From: Lama glama
Taxonomy: Eukaryota
Reading direction: 5' to 3'
Assembly: GCA_028534125.1 (NCBI GenBank)
Contig: CM052816.1
Location: 84,632,001 to 84,696,000, forward strand
DNA length: 64,000 bases
This document shows positions 52,579 to 64,000 of this stretch, piece after piece (the stretch's first letter is position 1; the number at the start of each line of letters is the position of its first letter). The position numbers and the translations under genes were made by a program. The notes under the pieces were generated by a model. That model had not been told where the DNA came from. It saw nothing but the letters and a program-made list of their open reading frames with translations, and ran no database searches.

Positions 52579-54175
52579 TGGTGATTAGATTAGGATATGT
52601 ATGTTTGGAAGGAAGACCACAGAGGTAAAATGCCATCGCATCCCAAAATATCAGAGATACACATGTCAAGGTTACATCACTGTCAACATCAGCCATCTGA
52701 CCGAAGCAGTGTTTGTCAGCTTTCTCTGTGGTAGTTACTTGTATTCCCCTTGTCCTACTGTAGTCTTTGGAAGGAAGTCGGTATTCACAGCTCACACTTA
52801 AGGAAGGGGGAGCTCTGCTCCACCTCCTGAGGGTAGGGTATCTACACAACTTGATTAGATTTCTTATGCATGATATATTTGTCTATTCTCCCTCATTCAT
52901 GGCTTCATTCAATGATTTATTTATATCAGTGTGGACTCATGGATATTTACTTAAACGTTGTTATATTTCAATACTATTCTGTTAACATTGTTCCCTTTTT
53001 GGCCACTGAGACTTCTTCCAGCTGGTGACTTCTGTGTCCCTTTGACCTTTTTTGGATTTCCTCAGTGTGTGGCACCACAGCATGTTGCAGCCTCAGCTTG
53101 CATATTTCCTGCCCCAGCAATAGAATTCAAAGACCCTGGTTAATCTGGGGGAGAACAGTATTCGATATCAAGCTCTGGTCACAAGTTATGCTTGTTGCTG
53201 TTGAAAGGGCATTGATTCTAGGCCCTCTCAGCTGACAGAACAGGGAAATATATATGTTGTTAAAAAACCAGCTGAGGCATATTCACATCTTTAAGACTTC
53301 ATATGAGCAAAATTCCATTCGAATCAGGCCACACCAAACCCCAGCAGTGGTTAGGAATGCTCCCCTGATTGGAGCTCAGGGAGAGACCTTCACAGAGAAA
53401 AGACAGAAACAACCTAAGAAAACTCTGGATTGGCCTCAGCTTAAAGCCTAGTTGGTTGTTTGTGATTGGTTGCCCTTAGGTTTTAGTTTCTTAGCCTTGA
53501 GGCATTTACGGGCTTGGATTTGGGTTTGCTAAAGTAGGCCACCATGGCATTAGAGCCACCTCAGCCTAATGGCCTCCTTGTTCAATTAATTTAACAGTGT
53601 GTATACTAAGCCACACATATACATATGTATAAATATTTCTATATGTAATCACCTGTATCTGCATTAAACTAACTATGAGTTCATACTGATGTTTCCAACT
53701 CTAATCCACTATCATCAGGATATTTCTAGCCTCCTCCCCTAGCTTACCTGTAAACTCCCTCCACAGTGAGAAAGCTGGACCCCACCATCCTCCAGCCAGT
53801 TAACTACTTGTTCGATTCCACTGTATGTGTATAGCAGTATCACAACTGTTAACCTGTACCCCCTGGGGAACTACTTTATTAACAAATACAGTGCTTATGT
53901 ACAGTTTGTTTTTACTTTTAGTCTTACAGAATCCATTCATTTCCAAAGTTATTTAGGTCAGCATCTCCCCACCCCTTGCCCCCAACACACTACACACACA
54001 CACACACACTTCTATGTGGTTGTTTCATACATTGGAATAAATTTTGATTGTTTTATATCATCTCCATTTCACCCTAGGTCTCCCCAGCTTTGTAAATAAC
54101 TTTTTTTTAATTTGAAAATGCTAAATTCACTCCTTGTGCTTTAAGTTACTGTGGCTTTTAACACAAATGTAGTGC
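52172..54175 (-). mobile_element. L1MC-type 3' UTR (antisense), interrupted by an LTR
   Basis: 'ttttatttcagaacaattttcaacttacagaaaaatt', 'tggtacatttggcacaattaataaaacaatattgat' and 'tatgagttcatactgatgtttccaactctaatcca'. Confidence 0.85.
53258..53596 (-). mobile_element. Short ERV1-class solo LTR nested in L1MC
   Basis: TGTTAA...TTAACA inverted termini with TSD ATGT/GTGT, and repeated CCAAT boxes on the - strand. Confidence 0.78.
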
Positions 54176-56374
54176 TTTTCTATTTTTTCTCTCACCATTC
54201 TTCTTTCTTTTCCTCCTTCCTTCCATCCCTCTCTTTTACTGGGATGATAATCTCTTGGTTTATATGCTGGCAGTCTATTGGTTTATTGAGTTAGTACTAC
54301 TGTTACTATTATAGAGGGAACACTACATATTTTGTGTGTAACCTGTTTAATGCCTTTTGTTATTATTCTCAATAATTTCTTCTTATCACTAGACTCCCCT
54401 TCCTCACTCTTTAAAGAGGTGAAACACATAAAAGGAAAAAAAAATATTTATCACATTCTGAGTTTTTAGGTAAAAAGGCTCATTTCAGAAGAAATAGAGA
54501 AAGAATTCATGACATAAACAGTTGAGCAAGTTATTTTGTCTTGTGTGCTACCCTCTTTCCTAGTCCCATATTAGGTAAGATCCTTCAGGTTGTCAAAAAA
54601 AAAAAGGAGATAATATGAAATAGAAGCATGAGTTTCTGATGAGAGTGACCTTCAGAGAATGCCAGCCTGTGCTGAAATCTTATGTCTACCACAAAGGAGG
54701 GACAAGATGCTAGAATCCAAAGAAAAATGTGGATTTGTTGTTGAGAGTGCTTCACGCCCAATTGCGTTGTGAAGCAGCCCACCCCATAAAGGTCTCTGGT
54801 CTCTGAAAAATAGGAGACAGCGGTATTGGCTGAGTTGGAATAAGGTTATAGTACTATTAGAAAAACATATCTTAGTTCACTGTTGGGGTTTGTGGGCTAG
54901 TGACTTCACAGGTTACAATTACTAGCCACAAGCACTGCCAAATCTTGCAGAGAGGAATGAAATAGGGCAGAACATGAAGGACTGAACCCAAGGCAGCAAA
55001 GTGGGCCAGAACTCAGCAGACAGCAGTGTTGAAGGAAGCTCTCTGGTGAGCACGTACAGAATTGTAAACTTTGGTGAAATGAGCATAGTGTCCCCATTGG
55101 CCAGACACCCACTCCCACTGGCACCTCATAAACTCAGGATGAATTCCATTAAATGTCCTAGAGTAGGGATCAATTTGTCAAAGAATAAGAGATAAAGTAC
55201 AAAATCCTCAAATTCACTGTTTAATACTTTAAAATAATTGAATTTGACAGAGTCTACATGGAAGTGATTAACGTTTCTATTATCATGCAGAAATGAGGGC
55301 TTGTGATACAAATTAAGTCCGGTTATCTGACAATAATGTTACATGTTTGCAATCCAAATTTGAGGTTTGTGAAAGTTATACATTTACCCTGCATTCTGCC
55401 TTTGATAATGAAACTGTTCAATGTTTGCTTTAAGTCTTGTTGTATAAATTCATTTTTATGGTGAGCTGGCTTTCCTTCTGTATGCTTTGCTAAATGCTGA
55501 CTGAGTGTTTTTCCATTTAACCTGAGAAAAGCATCTCTCTCCGACTTGAGTGTTCTCTGTGTGTCTGTGTGTTATGCAGTGATATTTCTCTGATGTACTG
55601 TGGCCAAGAGAAAGACTAAATCACATTATCTCTCGCTGAGAATCACTTCCCTATTGAGGTTAGATCTGAAAAGGGGTCTCTTATTGTGCAGCCAGGGTTC
55701 CTCCCTAAATGGAAAGAAATTGCTTTTTAACCACTTCGCACCCATTCGTGTGGCCACTGTGGGGGAAGAAAAAATACTTTTCTCTGCCTGTTTAAGTTTA
55801 ATGTAGGCTCTAAACATTTTAAATTTATAACACATGACTTTGTGGGGAAATTAAATGTGTCCTCATGACTGAAAGGTTGAATCTGTAAATAAAAATTATA
55901 GAAAAAATTATACAAAGAATATCAAATTAAGCAGCCTACAGGTTATCTAGATTAAGCTCATTAAAATGCTAATGGGGAAACAAAATCTAAGAAAATAATT
56001 TACAATGGTTTTGTCAGCCTGCAATATTGCTCCAAGTAAAGACTATGTTAAATTTGAACAGTTGAGTGAAACTTACTGTATCATTTAAACATTTTTGTAA
56101 AATAATAGTGGTAATATATAAAGAGGCTAGTGTGTGATCTCAACTCATACTTGAAAATGATGAGTCTTGACTGGCTTATTGCTACAAATTTGGACGCACA
56201 CTTCCTCGTCTGTTTCTTTAGTATTAACGGGAACTTATCGTCTATGTTTATTATAATAAATTAGAGCCTTCTATTCGTGCCATCAGCCTCTGCCCTCTCA
56301 GGTCATTAAAAATTAACACTTTTACACAGCTTCACAAAATGGTTATGAGACAGGAGACACCAATCTTAGCCAAT

Positions 56375-57182
56375 GTGTTACAAGATGGGATATGATATTT
56401 CAATTTATATTAAGAAAAATATATGTGGTCTTTATCTCTTTTTCTGGCACAAAGCTCCCGAAACCCTTGCGATTTCCTCAATGATGAGAGCAATACAGTT
56501 GTCTCTTGTTACGTTAACAAGGTGACTTTTGGGCCCCACCTAAAGATGGGGGCTGCTGCCAGGAGAGCCAAATGCATGATTAGAAGTTTGGAACCCTCAG
56601 TCCCATCCATGTTGTCCTCTGGGGAAGGCAGAGGGGCTGAAGGTTGGGTCAACTGCCAAAGACCAAAGATTTAATCAATCATGCCTATATATAGCAATGC
56701 CTCCATAAAACCCCCAAGGGACAGGGTTTAGAGAGCTTCCAGATTGGTGACCACTGGAGATTTGGGGAGAGTGGTGCATCTGGAGGGGGCATGGGGGCCC
56801 CATTCCCTTTCCCCACACCTTGCCCTGTGCATCTCATAGGATACATCAGTTATATCCTTTTATGATAAACGGGCAATCTAATGAGTAAAAAGGCTTCCTG
56901 AGTTCTTGAGCCTCTCTAGCAAATTAATTGAACCCAAGGAAGGGGTTGTAGGAATCTCTGAGTTACAGTCCATCAGTCAGAAACAAAGGTAAGAAGTTGG
57001 TCTTGCAATTGGAATTTGAAGCCTGGCTTGAGGTGGGGGAGTCTTGTAGGACTGAGCCCTCAACCTGCGGAATTGATCCAGGTAGATGGTTTCAGAATTG
57101 AGTTGAATTGCAGGACACCCACCATGTGCTGAGCACACTGCTTGCTTGGTGCTGTGAGGGAAACATAGAATTGGGTGCAGAA
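56375..57182 (+). mobile_element. MER21-like LTR
   Basis: 'ttctggcacaaagctcccgaaacccttg', 'gatttaatcaatcatgccta', 'gcctccataaaacccc', 'gagagcttccagattggtga' and 'tctagcaaattaattgaacccaaggaagggg'. Confidence 0.88.
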
Positions 57183-57417
57183 TCCAAAAGTGGTGGGATA
57201 TTTCTTCCCTACACAGCATAATGAAGACTAGGCTTGGACTTTCAAAAAAGCCTCAACGATGAGAGGAAACAAAGTACAATACAAAAAAAAAAATGATTTT
57301 AAATGACCAGAGAACTTACAGAATTCTATGGCTTCTTTTTAAGATACTTCACTTTTAAGCCTCACTTACATTTAAAAGAGTTGAGGCCACCTGACACCAA
57401 CCTATGTCAGCAGCGAA

Positions 57418-57913
57418 TGGTGGCAGAATATGTCACTCTAAAATATGCCACTTTGGTATATTGATTATTTTGAATTAAAGGTACTTGAGAAATAGCTAGT
57501 GCAAGAAGGACACTCTGATCCTCCTTTGTCCCCTTGAAAGCAGGAAATAAATCTCCCCTGTGAAGATACTCTCCCTGTACCGGGAGAGAAGGCATCCTTA
57601 TCACCAGAAAGTAGAGATTTAGGGCTGACAAGGCTGTATAAACACACCTTGCTACTTCTTCACTACTGTGATGCCCCAACCCAAACCCAACTTCCTATCT
57701 TGTCAATTCTTCACAAATTTATCACATTTTTTGTCTAAAAGGTATAAAAGCCGCCTGCTTTGGTCACTTTGAGTCTCATATTTTTATGGGGCTCCAATCA
57801 TACAAAATTAAATTTGCTTTTCTCCTGTTAATCTGTCTTATGTCCATTTAATTATTAGACCAGCCAAAGAACCTAGAAAGGAAGAAGGGAAAACTTTTTT
57901 TCCCTCCCAATAC
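57418..57913 (+). mobile_element. MER34-like ERV1 solo LTR
   Basis: 'gcagaatatgtcactctaaaatatgccactttggtatattgattattttgaattaaagg', TATA 'ggtataaaag' and 'ttttctcctgttaatctgtctt'. Confidence 0.85.
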
Positions 57914-57957
57914 CAGAATTTGAGGTAACCTGAGTAAACATGCCACTTCTCTTACTC

Positions 57958-58093
57958 CAGCTTTTTTGAGATACAGTTGACATATACCGTGTGTAAGTTT
58001 CAAAAGTACAATGGGATGATTTGATACACCTCTGTATTGCAAAATGATTATCACAATAAGGTTAGTAAACACATTCATCGCCTCACATAATTA

Positions 58094-58128
<35 letters not shown>
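57958..58128 (-). mobile_element. L1MA/MB extreme 3' end plus (TG)n
   Basis: 'cagcttttttgagatacagttgacata...tattgcaaaatgattatcacaataaggttagtaaacacattcatcgcctcacataattat' followed by (TG)n. Confidence 0.8.
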
Positions 58129-58130
<2 letters not shown>

Positions 58131-59911
58131 GAAAACAAATATGTGCCATGGACACTGGATCAAAATGACCGTAGGTTCTAGGAGGAAGGAACAGATCTTC
58201 TGTCACTCTTGTCCAAATGGTTCCCCAGGATTGGCCATGCCCCACATAGCCGGCAGCATGAAAATCCAGCCCTTCAAGGAAAGGCTGACATCCACCTAAT
58301 GCACTTGATATGCCTATGTGGTACCAGCAATATGGCTCTACTACAGTTTGACATCAGAGCATTTCCCAAAAGTGGAGTGATGAATCCTAAACAATACCAA
58401 AGTCCATTATCAAATGTTCAGTTCAGTTGGGTCTGCATGAAGCTCAGTCCAGTTATTTGGGGCTTCAGCATAAAGATACTCAGTCTAGCTTCTTTTTGCT
58501 TAGCTCAGCTACTCAAAAAAAAAGGCTAAAACATTTTTTGGTATCAATCTTGCTACATGGCCACACTCTTATATGGTAAGAAAAACACCTGACAGATACT
58601 TTCAGGCAGACTGAAAAAGCAGAGCTTAATATGCAAAATTAAACCAATGAATATTACTGAAATATTGACTAACTTGTCATGATATAATGTACTCAAAAAC
58701 CCCAAAAATGTATTCCCATCATTTTTTTCTGAATTAATCACAGTCCATCTTGTCCGAAACAAAACTGCACCAGTAAATAACTCTCTGTAAAATTCCCCAA
58801 AATAGTGGAGTAGATTTCTAAAATGATAACTACCAGATGACCTAGAGAACTTGGCAGCTGGATCTAAGGATGCAACAGAAACCAAACTGTCAAACATTTT
58901 AATTATTTACTAACTTGGTCTTTGGATATGGTAAATGATGGCCCAACTGACATTCCCTGAGGGCATTTTTTAAGAGAAATATTGTTGAATAGAAAGGACC
59001 ATTGCTCTCCCTATAGTTTTACAATGGCATTCTCTTAATTTCCTCAGGCAAATGTAGTTTACTTGGTTACTGCAGATTTCAGAATTTTTCTTTCTTTTTC
59101 TTTATTTCTAGCTCTCATAGGTCACTCTTCTGAAAGATGTACTGAGGCACTCTATCTCGTGGTAGCATCCACTGGTCCTTGGAAAAAGTGCAGTGAAGTT
59201 GCCTAAAGTAGAGCCTATATTTTGTAAATAAAAATTTGCCCAGTCACTTAATATTGACTCATAATTTGTCAACCTGCTAGTTTTTTAAAGCTGCCTTTTC
59301 CATTGTGCACAAAACTGGGTTCTTCACACTTTCTTTTTTTTAATTCTGGAGACCTTAATTTAATTTGTGTTGTTAAAAGTCAGGTCTGAATTAGCTTTAC
59401 TTTCCTGGACTGGAAATTGGAAGGAGAATAAACATAGTCCTAATTTCCATTTGGCCTTAAATATTAAGGCAGGAAATCTATTCCTTTCTTTAAAATACAA
59501 AATCCTTTGAGAGATCAAGTTTCTCCCTGTGCCTTCCCACTAAATGTAATTTCCATTTTTATTGCTGTGACAGAAAATACACTCTTGTCTTTCCTCCTCA
59601 AAACTTAAACAGACAATTACACCTGTCACTACTACCCCACATACATTCACAAGAGACTAGATCTTGTTTTGTTTTGTTTTGCCCCTAGAATTTATATTTT
59701 TTCCAGTTGGTTTCCTTTTTTTTTTTTTTACAACAAACACCTTTAGAAGCCAGATAACTCTGTTTAGCTATACTCTCACTGATAAATAGGAAAGACAAAA
59801 ATGAGATTTTCATAGTTTAACACTAGAGATCTTATAATTGGTTTAAAATCAAACTAAATTGCAGTGTCATCCTATTATTTTCATATTTCTTTAAAAACTG
59901 TAAGAAATATC

Positions 59912-60295
59912 AGGTGAAGTAAGCCAGAAAGAGAAAGAAAAACGCCATATAATATCGCTTATATGTGGAATCTAAAAAAAAGAACACAATGAATTTATCT
60001 ACAAAACAGAAATAGACTCACAGACATAGAAAACAAACTTATGGTTACCAGGAGGAGAAGGAGGTGGGAAGGGATAAATTGGGAAATCGAAAATTGTGCC
60101 TCATGGGGAGTGAAGGAAATGTTAGTTAACTTGATTGTGGTGGTGGTTTCATTGGTGTGCACTTCTACCAAAATTCATCAAATTGTACATCTGAAATATG
60201 TGTAGTTAACTGGACAAGAACTATATCACAATAAAGGTGTTAAAATTTTTTTTAAAAATGGTTAATAAAAAGTTGATTAGACTGTTAAAAAAAAG
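59912..60295 (+). mobile_element. Chimeric L1 retrocopy (younger L1 3' UTR joined to an older L1M 3' end) with TSD
   Basis: Two different L1 3'-end sequences join near 60096 and end in an A-tail. Flanked by ctgtaagaaatatc (59898-59911) and ctataagaaatatc (60298-60311). Confidence 0.75.
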
Positions 60296-61027
60296 ACCTA
60301 TAAGAAATATCTAGTCTGAACCCATCCCTTAATACCTGATGAAAATTTACAGCTGTCCACAGAACTAATGTTATTCTTATATTTCACAAAATTTTCAGTG
60401 CCAACATTCCCAGAATAAGCTTTTTATTTTCCTTTCCATCACCCTTGCCCTCCTTACCGCTTCACATAGTGTTCTTTATTACTTTTAAATTACATAATTG
60501 AACAAATCCCTCAGGTTTTTCCTGGATGCCTTATTTAACTAATCCTTCATTTGCATTCCCAATCAGCTGCAACATCTGGTTAACTTTTTCCATTTCAAAT
60601 GAATTTTACTTTGGATTTCACTTATTCACATTTCACTAACAACGTAATTTTTGCACTGTTCTCCCTTTCTTCAACTCAACACCAAAGTAGTGGAAGAGTT
60701 GGCTACTTTTCCCTTCCCCTACTCCATCTGCTCCTCTTCCTCCAAAATAAATGTGATCATATCATCACTATCTGAATCAATTCAATGGATTCCATTTAAA
60801 TTTAAACTCTTTACCATAATGTTAAGATTGCTTCTTTTTAACCCATTGCACCTTTCTGTTCTCATCATATGCACCAGCTCCTTAATGATACACATGACCA
60901 CAATGACTCAAAACTATGATTTATATCCACTAGTTCAGCCCTCCATCTTGCAGGCTTTCTTGGACAAAGATTAGTGACACACCCTTTGCTTGCTTGGTTT
61001 AATAAATTACTTTTTTAAGAAATCATT

Positions 61028-61263
61028 ACACCAAGACATATTATAATCAAGATGGCCAGAGTCAAGGATAAAGAAATGATTCTAAAGGCAGCAAGAGAAA
61101 AGCAAAGAGTAAGTTACAAGGGAACCCCCATAAGGCTCTCAGCTGATTTCTCTACACAAACACTACAGGCCAGAAGGGAGTGGCAAGATATATTCAAAGC
61201 CCTGAATGAAAAAAAGATGCAGCCTAGGATACTTTATCCAGCAAGGCTATCCTTTAGGATAGA
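61028..61263 (+). mobile_element. Young LINE-1, ORF1p C-terminal coding fragment running into the gap
   Basis: Stop-free 'TPRHIIIKMARVKDKEMILKAAREKQRVSYKGTPIRLSADFSTQTLQARREWQDIFKALNEKKMQPRILYPARLSFRI' is classic L1 ORF1p RRM/CTD. Confidence 0.95.
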
Positions 61264-61763
61264 NNNNNNNNNNNNNNNNNNNNNNNNNNNNNNNNNNNNN
61301 NNNNNNNNNNNNNNNNNNNNNNNNNNNNNNNNNNNNNNNNNNNNNNNNNNNNNNNNNNNNNNNNNNNNNNNNNNNNNNNNNNNNNNNNNNNNNNNNNNNN
61401 NNNNNNNNNNNNNNNNNNNNNNNNNNNNNNNNNNNNNNNNNNNNNNNNNNNNNNNNNNNNNNNNNNNNNNNNNNNNNNNNNNNNNNNNNNNNNNNNNNNN
61501 NNNNNNNNNNNNNNNNNNNNNNNNNNNNNNNNNNNNNNNNNNNNNNNNNNNNNNNNNNNNNNNNNNNNNNNNNNNNNNNNNNNNNNNNNNNNNNNNNNNN
61601 NNNNNNNNNNNNNNNNNNNNNNNNNNNNNNNNNNNNNNNNNNNNNNNNNNNNNNNNNNNNNNNNNNNNNNNNNNNNNNNNNNNNNNNNNNNNNNNNNNNN
61701 NNNNNNNNNNNNNNNNNNNNNNNNNNNNNNNNNNNNNNNNNNNNNNNNNNNNNNNNNNNNNNN
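61264..61763. other. Assembly gap (500 N)
   Basis: Run of N. Confidence 1.
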
Positions 61764-61889
61764 ATCCAAACCGTGTGGTACATTAGTCTCCTAATGTTTT
61801 TATATCAAATCTATCACTAGGAAAGGAGGGCTATTATATGGCAAATGGCCAGGAATCTAGATTTTTCTAGAGGTTTTAGGAACAGGGAT

Positions 61890-63321
61890 TTCACAGGCAG
61901 AATTTTGCCTTCTGTGATTTTCAACCCATGTGGTTATTATGCTCATGAATTTGTTATGCTCTCTGGCAAAAGAAATATTGCAGATGTAATTAAGGTTTCT
62001 AATCCATTCACTTTAAAATAGAACAATTATCCCAGATTGTCTAGGTGAACATGATGTGTTTTGCTTCACGGCAAATTATAATCAGAGACTGAGATTGTCT
62101 TTGCTAATATTTTATTTAACACAGATTCACTGTGGGAATTATAATAATTTCACAAGCCAATAGCATACTGGATAATGTCTCTTAATAAATCAATAAACAA
62201 ATAAGATACTCCATACCAATGATAGATTAATTACACTATTGTTCCAGGCACTGGGATTTGAAAAGAATAAAGTTCAAATTTATTTGAGGTGTACCTTTTA
62301 GATTAGCTCTCAGGAGAGACAGCTCAAAAACCACCAACTGTCTTCCTGCTGCCTGCCAGAGAAAAGGAAAGTTCCTTGTTGCTAGAGCGCGTTGCTAGGA
62401 GATGAAGATGCTGGTGCTGAAGGCGAGATGCATGACTTCCAGGGGCACTGCATGACTTTTGTCACTGCTGGGAAGACTTGCCTTTACAACGGCTGAAGCT
62501 AAGTCCCCAGGGTGTTCAAAAGTGCTATTTAGATCAGCAAAGGGTAGCCTTGTCCAGACCAAACAGTGACAGTCCTCACAAACTGAGTATTTATAGTCTG
62601 AGTGTCACTTGGCCATAGTTTCTTCATCAAATGTGCTTATTGATAAGCCCCCAACAGTGCCCCTTAGCAGCTGACCTACTGAACACTTATTGGCAACCAG
62701 AGACATGGATGACAACATCCTGGCACAAAATTGCACTTTTATATCGGAGCAGCTTCACTCTTATATCAAAACAACTTCACTCTTAAAAAACAACTTCATT
62801 TTTTTGTCACCAGCAAGTGGGTTTGAAATCTTATCAAACTATTACACAACACAAGGCAAGTACCTGAGGTATTAAAAACAGAGAACTTTTTCTGGCTGGT
62901 GACAGAAGAGGAAGTCAAAGAGTTTCCAAATTTAAGAGGAATTTCACCTGCCATTGCTGGAGGACAGACCCACGGAAAGTGAGAGAAGGAACAAGGTCAG
63001 TATCTAGGAGCCAAGACTGGCCCCTGGACTGAAAACCAGGAAGACACATTTTTATACTCAGGAGGAACTAAATTTGGCCAACAATCTGAATGAGCTTGGA
63101 AGCAGATTCTTCCCCAGAGATCTGGCAAGGAAAACAAAAAACAAAACCAAAACGCTGCTGACACTTTGATTTTAGCTTTGTGAGATTCTAAGCAGAGAAC
63201 CAGTTGAGGTTACCAGGCATCTGACCTACAGAAGCTGCTGTGAAATGACAAATTTGTTTTGTCTTAAAACAAAGTGCTAAGTATACAGTAATTTGTCAAG
63301 GCAGCAATGAAAACTAATACA
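61890..63321 (+). mobile_element. MLT1E/F-like MaLR LTR split by a nested LTR
   Basis: Left part 'ggcaaaagaaatattgcagatgtaattaaggtt..taatcc.ttcactttaaaatag'. Right part 'caacaatctgaatgagcttggaagcagattcttccccaga', ending 'gcagcaatgaaaactaataca'. Confidence 0.82.
62055..62853 (-). mobile_element. About 800-bp LTR-like insertion of unrecognised family
   Basis: TGTGTT...AACACA inverted termini. It interrupts the MLT1, and on the - strand has 'ctataaatac' (about 62590) upstream of AATAAA (about 62280). Confidence 0.6.
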
Positions 63322-63334
63322 GCATCTTCTCTCA

Positions 63335-64000
63335 TTCCTTGCATGGTTATCACTTTATCTGCCTGTCAAAATACTGTTCATTTTTTAAAGGTCCAACTCA
63401 CGTATCAAATACTTGATCTTTCCAAACTGATGAATCATTACTTCTACATTACCAGTCCTGTGCATTTGTATAACAAGTACGTACATACTTGTATTTCTCA
63501 CTAAATTCTGTTGTTAGAGATGGTTCTGTAATCTCCTGTCTTTTTCATGCATCTGTCCCCTTTGGTACCTAGTACAGTATGTGATACATCATAGACTTTC
63601 CAAATATATAAAATATTGACTTGAAATAAATGCATGTATTTATCCATTCCATACTTTCTTTTCTTCTAGATTTTCTAAATGTCTTCTATTTCATCCACTA
63701 ATCTTTACTGAGGGCTTATTCTGTATCAGACTATACTTTCAGTGGGGGAAGCCCATGAACAGTACAGGCATGTTCTTTGCCCTGGTTACAATTCTAGTAA
63801 GTTCCTGTTGAGAAGATCTAATTACCAAAAAAATGGAAGTGTTCATTTCAGACAGTGACGGTCAATCTGATGGTCGTATGGTGTGATTAAAAATGAAAGG
63901 AGACTGAGATTGAAAGTAGGACAGGCTTTTCTAAGTATACGACCTAGAAGTTGAGATCAGAAAGATTTTAAGGATCCAACATGTGGAAGTCTGAGCAGGG
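63335..64000. mobile_element. L2 fragments in both orientations
   Basis: The + strand tail 'tacctagtacagtatgtgatacatcatagactttccaaatata' and the - strand text 'tttactgagggcttattctgtatcagact...catgttctttgccctgg'. Confidence 0.6.

Noticed and set aside
58553..58897. 114-aa ORF on the - strand
   Set aside because: There is no recognisable domain or exon context, and the length is compatible with chance.
61052..61786. Long ORFs of 171-244 aa
   Set aside because: Their length is an artefact of the N run. Only the first 70 codons on the + strand are real (L1 ORF1p).
1..64000. Prokaryote-type systems (CRISPR arrays, operons) or non-retroviral endogenous viral elements
   Set aside because: I saw no regularly spaced repeat-spacer array and no ORF or motif resembling bornaviral, parvoviral, filoviral or bacterial proteins. 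A tblastn/HMM search against viral proteins would be needed to exclude very decayed relics.

Overview
AT-rich mammalian DNA, intergenic or deep intronic, with no host protein-coding exon I can support. A Vic-1-type tRNA-derived SINE and artiodactyl-type L1 3' ends suggest a camelid genome (inference). The window is dominated by transposon relics: LINE-1 and L2 fragments, MIR, several MLT1 (MaLR) LTRs, MER5, an ERVL pol relic and many ERV1-class solo LTRs. The main structure is a decayed class I (gammaretrovirus-like) provirus on the + strand at about 8810-16934, ordered LTR, PBS, gag, pro, pol, env-TM, PPT, LTR, with two solo LTRs nested inside it. A second, internally deleted provirus with a related gag lies on the - strand at about 31676-34795 and is split by an L1. 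Near the end are a TSD-flanked chimera of two L1 3' ends and a stop-free young L1 ORF1 fragment that runs into a 500-N assembly gap. Repeat family names come from my recognition of consensus motifs, not from a database search, and coordinates are approximate unless a TSD or terminus is cited. I did not find a convincing novel functional system.
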